A DNA stretch of 39,438 nt. Source: an uncultured Oscillospiraceae bacterium. Lineage in GTDB: Bacteria > Bacillota > Clostridia > Acetivibrionales > DTU013. Every line of letters begins with the position of its first letter. Within the stretch, counting starts at the first letter, position 1. The notes under the pieces are model-generated. The model was not told the origin of the DNA, did no database searches, and saw nothing but the letters and a program-made list of their open reading frames with translations. Shown one piece after another: positions 1 through 7,934 of this stretch. Both the position numbers and the translations under genes were made by a program. The stretch covers positions 1-39,438 of the forward strand of contig CAZQCL010000001.1 in assembly GCA_964592435.1 (NCBI GenBank). Reading direction: 5' to 3'.

Positions 1-79
1 GACCTACACCGTCAGCGTCAGCTATTTCCCCTACGTTTCTTGGATTTGAAAAATGGTCCATTACTTTTTCACTGTACAT
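1..79 (-). CDS. iscU: Fe-S cluster scaffold protein NifU/IscU, first 26 codons only (gene continues beyond the window start)
   Basis: Absent from the ORF track because it is truncated. The reverse complement of 1-79 reads ATG TAC AGT GAA AAA GTA ATG GAC CAT TTT TCA AAT CCA AGA AAC GTA GGG = MYSEKVMDHFSNPRNVGEIADADGVG, the conserved IscU/NifU N-terminus. An AAGGA Shine-Dalgarno lies 6 nt upstream. The start is 39 nt downstream of the cysteine desulfurase stop. Confidence 0.7.
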   Translation of the reverse strand, partial: MYSEKVMDHFSNPRNVGEIADADGVG

Positions 80-118
80 ATCCATTCCTTCTTTCTATAG
101 TGTCGTTTAGCCGACAAA

Positions 119-1318
119 TCAAACTGTTACCTGCTGTTTGTGCTGTTTATAATGGGCCTCATAAAGGGGGGACATTTCTCTCAATCTTTGTACGATTCCC
201 GGTAGCACTTTCATTAAGTAATCTACATCTGCGTCTGTATTATCTTCTCCAAATGTTATCCTCAGAGAGCCATGAGCGGTTTCGTGAGGAAGGCCTAGAG
301 CCAGAAGCACATGCGACGGGTCTAGGGAGCCTGATGTACATGCTGAACCACTGGATGCGGCAATTCCTTTCATATCAAGCAAAAGTAAGAGAGATTCCCC
401 TTCAATGAAATCAAATGAGAAGTTCACATTCCCGGGAAGCCTTTTTGTTTTATGGCCATTCAATTTGACGAAGGGAATTGTTTCCTCGATTTCTCTAATA
501 GTTCTGTCCCTCAGTGCAGTAAGCTTTTTATTGTAGCGCTCCGTATTGGCGACCGCAATTTCCAGTGCCCTGGCCATTCCTACAATTGCCGGTACATTCT
601 CCGTGCCTGCCCTCCTGCCTCTCTCCTGTGCGCCTCCGTGGATGAAATATGATAGCTTGACACCCTTATTAACATAAAGGGCGCCGACGCCCTTGGGACC
701 GTAAAACTTATGAGCAGACATGGATAGCATATCTATATTCATATCCTTAACACTAATATTAACGTTACCCAAGGCTTGCACAGCATCGGTGTGGAATATT
801 ATGTCTTTCTCCTTTGTTATCTTCCCTATTTCAGCTATAGGTTGAATTGTACCGATTTCGTTATTGGCAAACATGATAGATATCAAAATCGTATCAGGCC
901 TGATTGCTGCTTTTACCTGTTCAGGACTAACCAATCCATCTATATCAACCGGCAGGTAGGTTACTTCGAAGCCCTCCCTTTCAAGGTACTGGCAGGTATG
1001 CAGCACAGCATGGTGTTCAATGGCTGTGGTTATAATATGCTTACCCTTTTGTCGGTTTGCATAGGCAACACCTTTGATCGCCCAGTTGTCAGCCTCTGTC
1101 CCCGACCCTGTAAAGAAGATTTCCCTTGGCTTTGCACCGATTGCCTTTGCGACAGTCTCTCTGGCCTCTTCGATGGCTTTTTTGCTATCTCTGCCAATAG
1201 AGTATATGGAAGAAGGATTACCGTACTTTGGGTTGAAATATGGCATCATTGCTTCTATAACTTCCGTCTTTACCGGCGTGGTAGCCGAATGGTCAAGATA
1301 AATATTTGTGTCACTCAT
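119..1318 (-). CDS. nifS: Cysteine desulfurase, NifS/IscS class (PLP-dependent)
   Basis: Full-length class-V aminotransferase fold. Motifs: PLP-lysine SAHKFYGPKG and active-site cysteine loop SSGSACTS. I trimmed the track ORF (119..1327) to the ATG at 1318, because AAAGGAG lies 9 nt upstream and the TTG at 1327 sits inside that spacer. Confidence 0.9.
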   Translation of the reverse strand: MSDTNIYLDHSATTPVKTEVIEAMMPYFNPKYGNPSSIYSIGRDSKKAIEEARETVAKAIGAKPREIFFTGSGTEADNWAIKGVAYANRQKGKHIITTAIEHHAVLHTCQYLEREGFEVTYLPVDIDGLVSPEQVKAAIRPDTILISIMFANNEIGTIQPIAEIGKITKEKDIIFHTDAVQALGNVNISVKDMNIDMLSMSAHKFYGPKGVGALYVNKGVKLSYFIHGGAQERGRRAGTENVPAIVGMARALEIAVANTERYNKKLTALRDRTIREIEETIPFVKLNGHKTKRLPGNVNFSFDFIEGESLLLLLDMKGIAASSGSACTSGSLDPSHVLLALGLPHETAHGSLRITFGEDNTDADVDYLMKVLPGIVQRLREMSPLYEAHYKQHKQQVTV

Positions 1319-1359
1319 AGTACGCAACTCCTTTTAATATATAAAATCTTTTCATGTGC

Positions 1360-1815
1360 TTATCGAATAGCAATCAAATCTTCTTTCCTGCTCCTGTTTG
1401 CCCTGTAATCATCCACAAGCTCTTGTAAGGTAATGTTGTCTATGACATTGTTAATGCCATCGCGTATTTTTTCCCATACGCTTCTTGTTACACAATAATC
1501 TGAATTCTCACACAGATGCCCTTCCCCATTCTCTGAAACACAATCTGCGGGAGCCATTGAACCCTCAAGAGCTCTCAATATATCACCGACTGTTATGTTC
1601 TCCGCTTTATCTCCAAGCAAGTATCCGCCTTGAGAACCGCGTAGGCTTTTGACCAGCTTTGACTTTTTCAATGCTGCAAAAAGCTGCTCTAAATAACTCT
1701 CCGACAGCCCCTGCCTTTCTGCAATGCTTTTTAAAACGACCTGCCCATCACTGTTGTGAATAGCCAAATCCAGCATTGCTTTCAAGCCATATCTTCCTTT
1801 GGTAGAAAGCCTCAT
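1360..1815 (-). CDS. iscR: Rrf2-family transcriptional regulator, IscR-like
   Basis: N-terminus MRLSTKGRYGLKAMLDLA is the typical Rrf2 winged helix. The three-cysteine cluster CVSENGEGHLCENSDYC is consistent with Fe-S ligation. It sits directly upstream of nifS-iscU. Confidence 0.85.
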   Translation of the reverse strand: MRLSTKGRYGLKAMLDLAIHNSDGQVVLKSIAERQGLSESYLEQLFAALKKSKLVKSLRGSQGGYLLGDKAENITVGDILRALEGSMAPADCVSENGEGHLCENSDYCVTRSVWEKIRDGINNVIDNITLQELVDDYRANRSRKEDLIAIR

Positions 1816-1834
1816 GTCATCGCCTCCACATTAA

Positions 1835-1899
1835 TTACCTACTAATATTCTTACCAATAATTTTTACTCTAAAACAATCCCCAGTAAATTAGTCGGTAT
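1835..1899 (-). promoter_or_regulatory. Two related ~23-bp dyad sites in the iscR leader (candidate IscR/Rrf2 operators)
   Basis: Site 1877-1899 reads ATACCGACTAATTTACTGGGGAT on the minus strand. Site 1835-1858 reads TTACCTACTAATATTCTTACCAAT on the plus strand. They share TACC-N-ACTAAT-N-T in opposite orientation, and both lie between the putative -10 and the iscR start. The operator role is inferred from autoregulation of iscR operons. Confidence 0.3.
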
Positions 1900-1907
1900 T
1901 GTTTTAT

Positions 1908-1936
1908 AGATTAGCACTATGATTTGCAGTTGTCAA
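1908..1936 (-). promoter_or_regulatory. Putative sigma-A promoter of iscR-nifS-iscU
   Basis: On the minus strand: TTGACA (1936-1931), a 17-nt spacer, then TAATCT (1913-1908) preceded by TG. Confidence 0.45.
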
Positions 1937-1970
1937 CAAAAATATTTGATATCTTTGACTTTATTACAGG

Positions 1971-3215
1971 TTATATTACAGGAAGTGTAGACCCTCCATG
2001 GGGCATGAGCAGCACACGAGCGTCCTGGCCAAGCTGTGAAAAGGCACTTGACAAAGCCTCTTCCATACTGTCGAAAGGCTCCATATAGAGCTTTTTCGAC
2101 ATCTCCGCTGGCATATCGGATACTATAAATACTCTTGCCTTCTTCTCCACTAAAGCGATTGCCGCTGCCTTGTGGCCTCCCAATTCGAAGTTTTCTTTGA
2201 TTTTCATAACAAGGTCATCGGGAGAAGTTGACTCATTAATCCATCTTTCAAAGACAGCCTCACCATATCCCTCAGTGCATGAGGCCAGCAGGATTATAAT
2301 GCCACCTTCGCGGACCGCGTGCTTGGCATTGTCAAGAGCCTTTTGCGCCTGATACAGGTTGATATCCTTAGGAAATCCGCCGGGTGTAGTTATGACGATG
2401 TCAGCCCTCTCGGGTATTTTTATCTTATATAAATTGTCAAGGAAACGGCAGCCTTCTCTGTGAGCCAGAACATGATGCCCTGCCACCGCTTTTACAATTG
2501 ACTTGTTCCCATCAAGCACCACGTTTAAAATAAAATCAATGGAAATAAAATTAACTACCTCTTCAATGTCCTGCCTGACGGGGTTGTCTTCTATCGCACC
2601 GGCTCTGGCAGAATCCTTCACCATTTCGCTGTGGTTTGCCTGAATGGCGGCTCTGGTGGATACACCCGGCATTACGGCCTTTGCGCCTCCGCTGTAACCG
2701 GCAAAGTAGTGAAACTCTATATTCCCGAGGCATATGATTCTGTCTGCATCGGCGACCTGATCAAATATTTCAACAGGTGTACCGCGAGAAGTTGTTCCAA
2801 GCATTCTACACCGTGTTATATCGCTGTCAACACATTTGACTTTGCTGTATACTGCTTCACCCACAAGATACTTTTTTTCGTCTTCAGTGTGCTTCCTATG
2901 GCTTCCCAGCGCAAAAACTATGGTTATATCTTCACAGCTCACACCTGCTTCGGATAATTCGTCAAGCAAGGGCGGCAATACGATTTTCGATGGCATAGGG
3001 CGGGTTATATCACTGGTGATAATTACAATACTCTCACCAGGCTTCACTATAGCAGAAAGCCTTTCTGTTCCAATAGGTTTCTCAAGTGCCCGCTTAACTT
3101 CATCAAGGCCTGTCAGCTGTGTGTCTATGCTATTATGCTTTAGCTGCGCCATAATATTCTTGTCATCTATTTCAAATTCCTTAAAAGTTCTTCCAAAACC
3201 GTAGCGGAAACGCAT
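1971..3215 (-). CDS. larA: LarA-family nickel-pincer-dependent 2-hydroxyacid racemase/epimerase (DUF2088)
   Basis: 414 aa. LarA-type motifs are present: LGSHRKH, FHYFAGYSGGAKAVMPG (the His and the cofactor-tethering Lys context) and ANHS. The SD AGAGGGGGA lies upstream. It starts only 17 nt after the preceding small ORF. Confidence 0.8.
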   Translation of the reverse strand: MRFRYGFGRTFKEFEIDDKNIMAQLKHNSIDTQLTGLDEVKRALEKPIGTERLSAIVKPGESIVIITSDITRPMPSKIVLPPLLDELSEAGVSCEDITIVFALGSHRKHTEDEKKYLVGEAVYSKVKCVDSDITRCRMLGTTSRGTPVEIFDQVADADRIICLGNIEFHYFAGYSGGAKAVMPGVSTRAAIQANHSEMVKDSARAGAIEDNPVRQDIEEVVNFISIDFILNVVLDGNKSIVKAVAGHHVLAHREGCRFLDNLYKIKIPERADIVITTPGGFPKDINLYQAQKALDNAKHAVREGGIIILLASCTEGYGEAVFERWINESTSPDDLVMKIKENFELGGHKAAAIALVEKKARVFIVSDMPAEMSKKLYMEPFDSMEEALSSAFSQLGQDARVLLMPHGGSTLPVI

Positions 3216-3232
3216 TAGAACCTATCCCCCTC

Positions 3233-3520
3233 TTAATTATCACTATCAGTGCCCGTATCGGTGTCAATCTCAGTGTTAGTGTTAGTGTTAGTACTAGCAC
3301 TAGCACTAGAGTCAGTATCAGCGTCAGTGTCAATGCTTTTATCGGGCTCATGACCGGAGCCGTCATAGTCAAACAGCCTGCCCTGCAGGAAAATATACGC
3401 AACAAAAATAATAATATAAACAATCGAAAAGAAATCCAAATAAACCTTAAAAACTAGTAAATTCAGTAGCAGAAGTACAAAACCTATTAAAAGTATCCAA
3501 GCAATAACCCTCTTTTTCAT
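3233..3520 (-). CDS. Small membrane protein with two predicted TM helices and an acidic Thr/Asp/Asn/Ser low-complexity tail
   Basis: I trimmed the track ORF (3233..3559) to the ATG at 3520 (MKKRVIAWILLIGFVLLLLNLLV...). AGAGGT lies 5 nt upstream, and the trimmed start removes the overlap with rarA. The tail reads EPDKSIDTDADTDSSASASTNTNTNTEIDTDTGTDSDN. I recognise no family. Confidence 0.55.
   Translation of the reverse strand: MKKRVIAWILLIGFVLLLLNLLVFKVYLDFFSIVYIIIFVAYIFLQGRLFDYDGSGHEPDKSIDTDADTDSSASASTNTNTNTEIDTDTGTDSDN
3273..3334. repeat. In-frame hexanucleotide tandem repeat tract
   Basis: (GTGTTA)x3 at 3273-3290, then GTACTA GCACTA GCACTA at 3291-3308. Degenerate GTCAGT/ATCAGC/GTCAGT/GTCAAT units follow to about 3334. 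The tract encodes the TN/SA/TD repeats of the small membrane protein. Confidence 0.8.
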
Positions 3521-3531
3521 AATTACCTCTA

Positions 3532-4821
3532 TCAGCTCTTTCTGAACCTCTCCAGCCATTCCTTGATTCTTGATTCATACCCATTTGAAGTGGGCTCATA
3601 GTATATTGTACCTGACATTTCATCAGGGAAGAACTCCTGCTTCACTATATTCCCCGGGTAATCATGAGCATATTTATAGCCGACACCGTACCCTTGATCC
3701 GCCATTCCCTTTATAGGAGCATTTCGCAAATGCATAGGCACTTCGCCTGTACGTTTGGTTTCTACGTCTTTCATAGCCTTATTTAAGGCACTGTAGCATG
3801 AATTAGACTTGGGGCTGGTTGCGACCATGACAGCTGCATGAGCCAATAACAACCTGGCCTCGGGCATTCCAATCATATGGATACCCTGCGCCGCCGCAAC
3901 AGCAAACTGAAGGGCTGACGGGTTTGCCATGCCGACATCCTCTGATGCACAGATGATAATACGCCTTATAAGGAACTCAGCAGTTTCTCCTGCATAAAGC
4001 GCCCTTGCCAAATAAAATAATGCAGCATCAGGATTGCTTCCTCTCATGGATTTGATGAATGCACTTATATTATCGTAATGAGCTTCTCCTGACTTGTCAA
4101 AGGTAATGGCTTTCCTTTGCACACAATCCTCAATCGTTTTTATAGTAATATGGATGCTGCCATCGCTCTCGAGCTCCGAGGTTTCGACAGCCAGCTCAAT
4201 TGCATTCAAAGCGATACGCGCATCCCCATTAGAAATCTCAGCCAGGTATTTTATAGCATCTTCATCAGTTACCTGCATATATTCACCTAACCCACATTCC
4301 TTATCGTTTAAGGCATCTCGGATAATAGTTTCGATATCCGATGGGTTTAGGGGCTTCAGCATAAATACCGAGGAACGGGAAATTAGTGCCTTATTCACCT
4401 CAAAATAAGGATTTTCAGTAGTTGCGCCAATCAGCACGATTGTCCCGTTTTCCACAAAAGGCAATAGTGCATCCTGCTGTGCCTTGTTAAAGCGATGTAT
4501 CTCATCAATAAAAAGAACTGTCCTACCGCTGGGATTTAACATAATATTCTGCGTATCAGCTACAATTCTCTTTATATCAGCAACTCCGGCTGTGACAGCA
4601 TTCAGCTTCTCAAAATTGGATTTTGTCGTAGCGGCTATAATTCGCGCAAGTGAAGTCTTTCCGGTACCCGGAGGCCCATAGAGTATTATGGAGGATATCC
4701 TATCCGCCTTAATCATTCTGTAGAGCATTTTTCCCTTACCGATTATATGTTCCTGCCCCACGAATTCTTCAATAGTTCTGGGGCACATTCTATAAGCCAG
4801 TGGTTCCTTTCTGTCAGGCAT
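3532..4821 (-). CDS. rarA: Replication-associated recombination protein A (AAA+ ATPase RarA/MgsA)
   Basis: Walker A GPPGTGKTS, Walker B LFIDEIHRF, and a MgsA-type C-terminal domain (YKYAHDYP). Confidence 0.92.
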   Translation of the reverse strand: MPDRKEPLAYRMCPRTIEEFVGQEHIIGKGKMLYRMIKADRISSIILYGPPGTGKTSLARIIAATTKSNFEKLNAVTAGVADIKRIVADTQNIMLNPSGRTVLFIDEIHRFNKAQQDALLPFVENGTIVLIGATTENPYFEVNKALISRSSVFMLKPLNPSDIETIIRDALNDKECGLGEYMQVTDEDAIKYLAEISNGDARIALNAIELAVETSELESDGSIHITIKTIEDCVQRKAITFDKSGEAHYDNISAFIKSMRGSNPDAALFYLARALYAGETAEFLIRRIIICASEDVGMANPSALQFAVAAAQGIHMIGMPEARLLLAHAAVMVATSPKSNSCYSALNKAMKDVETKRTGEVPMHLRNAPIKGMADQGYGVGYKYAHDYPGNIVKQEFFPDEMSGTIYYEPTSNGYESRIKEWLERFRKS

Positions 4822-4838
4822 AATTCCTCCTCCGCATC

Positions 4839-6074
4839 CTAATACAGCGGGTGTTTCTCACAAAGCTTTGCTACACCTTTTCTTACATCATCTGCGCAAT
4901 TATCAAAATCAGTGAGTGTTAACTTCATTAATCCTGCGATTTCCTTCATATCCTCCTCAAGCATGCCTCTCGTAGTAACGGCGGGAGTACCAAGCCTTAT
5001 TCCGCTTGTAACAAAGGAGCTTAATTTATCAAAGGGTATCGTATTCTTATTTACGGTAATCCCTACCTCGTCCAGCATTGATTGCGCACTCTTGCCTGTT
5101 ATACCGAAATTAGTCAGATCAACAAGAATCAGGTGATTGTCGGTACCGCCTGATACAAGATTGAACCCTTCACTTATAAGAGAGTCAGACAGTGCCTTTG
5201 CATTCTTTAATATCTGCTTTTGATACAGCTTAAAATCGCCATTGAGCACCTCTTTGAAAATCACTGCCTTAGCTGCGATTACATGCATCAGAGGTCCGCC
5301 TTGCGTGCCCGGGAATACTGCAGAGTCGACAGCTTTTTTGTGCTCAGCCTTGCAAAGAATCATCCCTCCCCTTGGTCCTCTTAATGTCTTGTGGGTAGTG
5401 GTGGTTACGAAATCGGCGTAGGGAACAGGATTAGGATGAAGGCCGGCGGCAACAAGACCCGCTATATGAGCCATGTCGACCATAAGATAAGCACCGGTAT
5501 CCTTAGCAATTTCGTTGAATGCTTTGAAATCTATAATTCTCGGATATGCGCTAGCACCTGCAAGAATTAATTTGGGCTTTACCTCCCTTGCTTTGCGATG
5601 CAGCGCGTCATAATCAATGTAGCCGGTATCTTCGCTGACTCCGTAAAACTCAGACCTGTAATACTTCCCTGATATATTTTTTTTCATTCCGTGACTCAAA
5701 TGCCCACCGTGGGACAAGTCCATGCCCAGTATGGTATCTCCGGGCTTCAGTACTGCAAAATAGACGGCAGTATTAGCCTGAGCGCCGGAATGGGGCTGAA
5801 CATTAGCATGATCGGCGTCAAAAATTTCCTTAGCCCTATCTATTGCCAGCTGCTCTATAACATCCACATGCTCACAACCGCCATAGTAGCGTTTTCCCGG
5901 ATAACCTTCGGCATATTTGTTTGTTAGGGGTGTTCCTAGAGCTTGCAATACTGCTTCGTCCACGAAATTCTCGGATGCGATCAGTTCAATTTTGTTTCTT
6001 TGTCTGTTGACTTCATTTTCTATACACTCTGCTACTTCGGGGTCTACCTTTTTTATCTGGTCAAGTTGATACAT
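4839..6074 (-). CDS. glyA: Serine hydroxymethyltransferase
   Basis: 411 aa, full-length SHMT. PLP-lysine motif [14 protein letters not shown], and YYGG near the N-terminus. Confidence 0.97.
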   Translation of the reverse strand: MYQLDQIKKVDPEVAECIENEVNRQRNKIELIASENFVDEAVLQALGTPLTNKYAEGYPGKRYYGGCEHVDVIEQLAIDRAKEIFDADHANVQPHSGAQANTAVYFAVLKPGDTILGMDLSHGGHLSHGMKKNISGKYYRSEFYGVSEDTGYIDYDALHRKAREVKPKLILAGASAYPRIIDFKAFNEIAKDTGAYLMVDMAHIAGLVAAGLHPNPVPYADFVTTTTHKTLRGPRGGMILCKAEHKKAVDSAVFPGTQGGPLMHVIAAKAVIFKEVLNGDFKLYQKQILKNAKALSDSLISEGFNLVSGGTDNHLILVDLTNFGITGKSAQSMLDEVGITVNKNTIPFDKLSSFVTSGIRLGTPAVTTRGMLEEDMKEIAGLMKLTLTDFDNCADDVRKGVAKLCEKHPLY

Positions 6075-6111
6075 TATCTAAACCCTCCACTTATACTTTT
6101 CTAGTTAGATT

Positions 6112-6147
6112 TATTAAAATAAAGAGGCCAAACCAATCGATTTGACC
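6112..6147 (-). terminator. Intrinsic-terminator-like hairpin inside the glyA leader
   Basis: The minus-strand RNA reads GGUCAAA-UCGAUUGG-UUUGGCC (7-bp stem including one G-U, 6147-6126), followed by UCUUUAUUUUAAUAA. It lies between the consensus promoter at 6182-6210 and the glyA ATG at 6074. Confidence 0.45.
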
Positions 6148-6181
6148 TTATTGTCAGTCTTTGACGAACAGCGCTAAACTG

Positions 6182-6210
6182 ATTATAAACATTCGAAAAA
6201 AGTCTGTCAA
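6182..6210 (-). promoter_or_regulatory. Consensus sigma-A promoter upstream of glyA
   Basis: On the minus strand: TTGACA (6210-6205), a 17-nt spacer, then TATAAT (6187-6182). Both hexamers are perfect. Confidence 0.6.
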
Positions 6211-6224
6211 GTTATAGAAAAAAG

Positions 6225-7205
6225 CTAAAGAACGCGATATAATTCATCGGCTTCGGGCGGCGAAATCATTTCTTTGCCTTTTGCTGATATTGCCATCTTT
6301 TCCCCGGATTGATTAAGCTTTCCGACAATCGAAGCTTCAATCCCTGCTTTTTTCAGGTGACATACAAGACCCTTTCCATCGGAGGTAGAAACCAACATGC
6401 ATCCGCTGGAAATCAGCTTGTAAGGATTAATACTATAATGGCGGCAAATTTTTTCGGTGACATTCCGTACTGGTATATTTTCGATATAAACCTCTGCCCC
6501 GGTTCCTGAAGCTTCGCAAATCTCCCACACCGCGCCCAGTATTCCTCCTTCTGTAATATCATGCATGGCATTCACACCGAACTTTGCAGCTTCAAGTCCA
6601 TCCTTAACAACGCTGATGCTGCCCATATAGCTTTTTGCCTCATCTACTGCCTGCCTACCTATGATTTCAGCCAGCTCAAGTTCTTTTTCGTGTGCAATGA
6701 TAGATGCCCCTTCCAATCCGGCATGCTTAGTAATTACCAGATCGTCCCCGGCTTTCGCTCCGGATGTGACTACTAGCTTGTCCTTAAGGCAGCGGCCAAC
6801 GGCAGTGCAGGAAATGACAAAACGCGACACTGCTGTCGTAACCTCCGTATGCCCTCCTAATAAATCTACATTTATAGACGCAGCTGCATCTGTCAACTGA
6901 TCCATAATCAGTTCAAGTTCCTGTTCTGTAGCACCGGTTGGACATAATATGGTAGACATTATGCCCAGAGGTTCAACGCCGCAGGATGCTATATCGTTAC
7001 AGCAGATGTGTACAGCCAGACGGCCGATTTCCTTTGCTGTACCTGTAATAGGGTCGCTGGAAAGAACACAGGTATAATTGCCAAAATCAACGGCGGCACA
7101 GTCCATGCCAATGTTTGGTCGTATAATCACTTCTTTGCGATTCTCATGTATTTTGCTAAAAACCAGTTTCTTTAATATATCATTTGGTAGCTTCCCTATT
7201 TCCAT
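6225..7205 (-). CDS. AIR-synthase-related (PurM/HypE/ThiL superfamily) protein of unknown specificity
   Basis: N-domain motifs MDCAAVDF and IGRLAVHICCNDIASCGVEPL resemble HypE/ThiL. The C-terminus ...ELYRVL lacks the HypE terminal Cys. Confidence 0.7.
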   Translation of the reverse strand: MEIGKLPNDILKKLVFSKIHENRKEVIIRPNIGMDCAAVDFGNYTCVLSSDPITGTAKEIGRLAVHICCNDIASCGVEPLGIMSTILCPTGATEQELELIMDQLTDAAASINVDLLGGHTEVTTAVSRFVISCTAVGRCLKDKLVVTSGAKAGDDLVITKHAGLEGASIIAHEKELELAEIIGRQAVDEAKSYMGSISVVKDGLEAAKFGVNAMHDITEGGILGAVWEICEASGTGAEVYIENIPVRNVTEKICRHYSINPYKLISSGCMLVSTSDGKGLVCHLKKAGIEASIVGKLNQSGEKMAISAKGKEMISPPEADELYRVL

Positions 7206-7225
7206 ATATGTTCCCCCAAACCGTC

Positions 7226-7900
7226 TTATTTCTTAAGTTTTTCCTTCACCAGCTGGAACTGGACTCTTGTAGCTTCCATAAGAGCATTATTCTTTCTGGC
7301 TTCCTGAGAACCTATAAGACGACTGAACCACTTTACCGCATCCTCGTAATTGCCAGCTCTGAAATTTAATTCCCCAATCATATATATACAAGTATCTCCA
7401 TCCAGCTTGTCCGCCGGGAAGGATTCATTTTCGTATGTTTCAATGTAATACTTTAGGGCATGCTTTACAAACTCAAGCTCCTTTTCATCATCACCTCTAT
7501 ATCTGTAAAGCCAGGCAATTCGCATACAAACCTTTGCAAGCTCGCTGGCCTTTATCTCACGAATCTGATGACTGATAAGAATAAGCTTAAAGGCTTCCAA
7601 GGCATCATCCACGGATCGTTCATCTTCAAAGCTTCTTCTTGTCCATTTTGGCATTAGCTTTTTCCTTAAAGTATTACATTCATTATATGTAATATCAAAA
7701 AACTTGTCCGCTTGTGCCGCATAACCGCAATGCTCACAAATCCAGGCATCATAAAAAAGAGGGTTGATGGTTCTATAATGAACACAGAAATCAGAATCTC
7801 TCTTTTCTACCTTGCAGCCTCGCGCCTTTACCTTTGTAACCTTAAATTTATGCGAACAAACAGGACATTCAATTTCTTTTGAATACAAGAACTCATTCAT
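7226..7900 (-). CDS. DUF2225-family protein (N-terminal double CxxC zinc ribbon plus helical TPR-like domain)
   Basis: CPVCSHKF ... CEHCGYA zinc-ribbon pairs, followed by a helical-repeat C-terminal region. This is the typical DUF2225 architecture. Confidence 0.7.
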   Translation of the reverse strand: MNEFLYSKEIECPVCSHKFKVTKVKARGCKVEKRDSDFCVHYRTINPLFYDAWICEHCGYAAQADKFFDITYNECNTLRKKLMPKWTRRSFEDERSVDDALEAFKLILISHQIREIKASELAKVCMRIAWLYRYRGDDEKELEFVKHALKYYIETYENESFPADKLDGDTCIYMIGELNFRAGNYEDAVKWFSRLIGSQEARKNNALMEATRVQFQLVKEKLKK

Positions 7901-7934
7901 TACGACCCCTCCGGTAAGCTGTATTATTTATGTT

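Noticed and set aside
40-408. A 122-aa plus-strand ORF at the left edge of the window.
   Set aside because: It is antisense to the iscU 5' end and the nifS 3' end. It has no SD and no recognisable domain.
776-1408. A 210-aa plus-strand ORF, with a nested 75-aa ORF, antisense to nifS.
   Set aside because: It lies entirely inside and antisense to a strongly conserved cysteine desulfurase gene. It has no SD and a Cys/Phe/Leu-rich composition typical of the reverse frame of an AT-rich gene.
3273-3334. Possibility that the short tandem repeats are a CRISPR array or another spacer-repeat structure.
   Set aside because: The units are 6 nt, contiguous and in-frame within a CDS. There are no 25-40-nt repeats separated by unique spacers anywhere in the window.
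3181-3423. An 80-aa alternative-frame minus-strand ORF (LTLTLILTLVLVLVLTLTL...) over the hexanucleotide repeat.
   Set aside because: It is a repeat-generated frame with no SD, and it overlaps the larA start. The frame that begins with MKKRV at 3520 has an SD and coherent TM helices.
6075-6180. A T-box, glycine, THF or ZTP riboswitch upstream of glyA.
   Set aside because: The leader is only about 100 nt. I could not find the conserved cores: the T-box AGAGA/specifier-loop architecture, the ZTP GGGUCGUGAC...CCGCCUGGGCA motif, or the glycine tandem aptamers. I report it only as an unexplained leader terminator.
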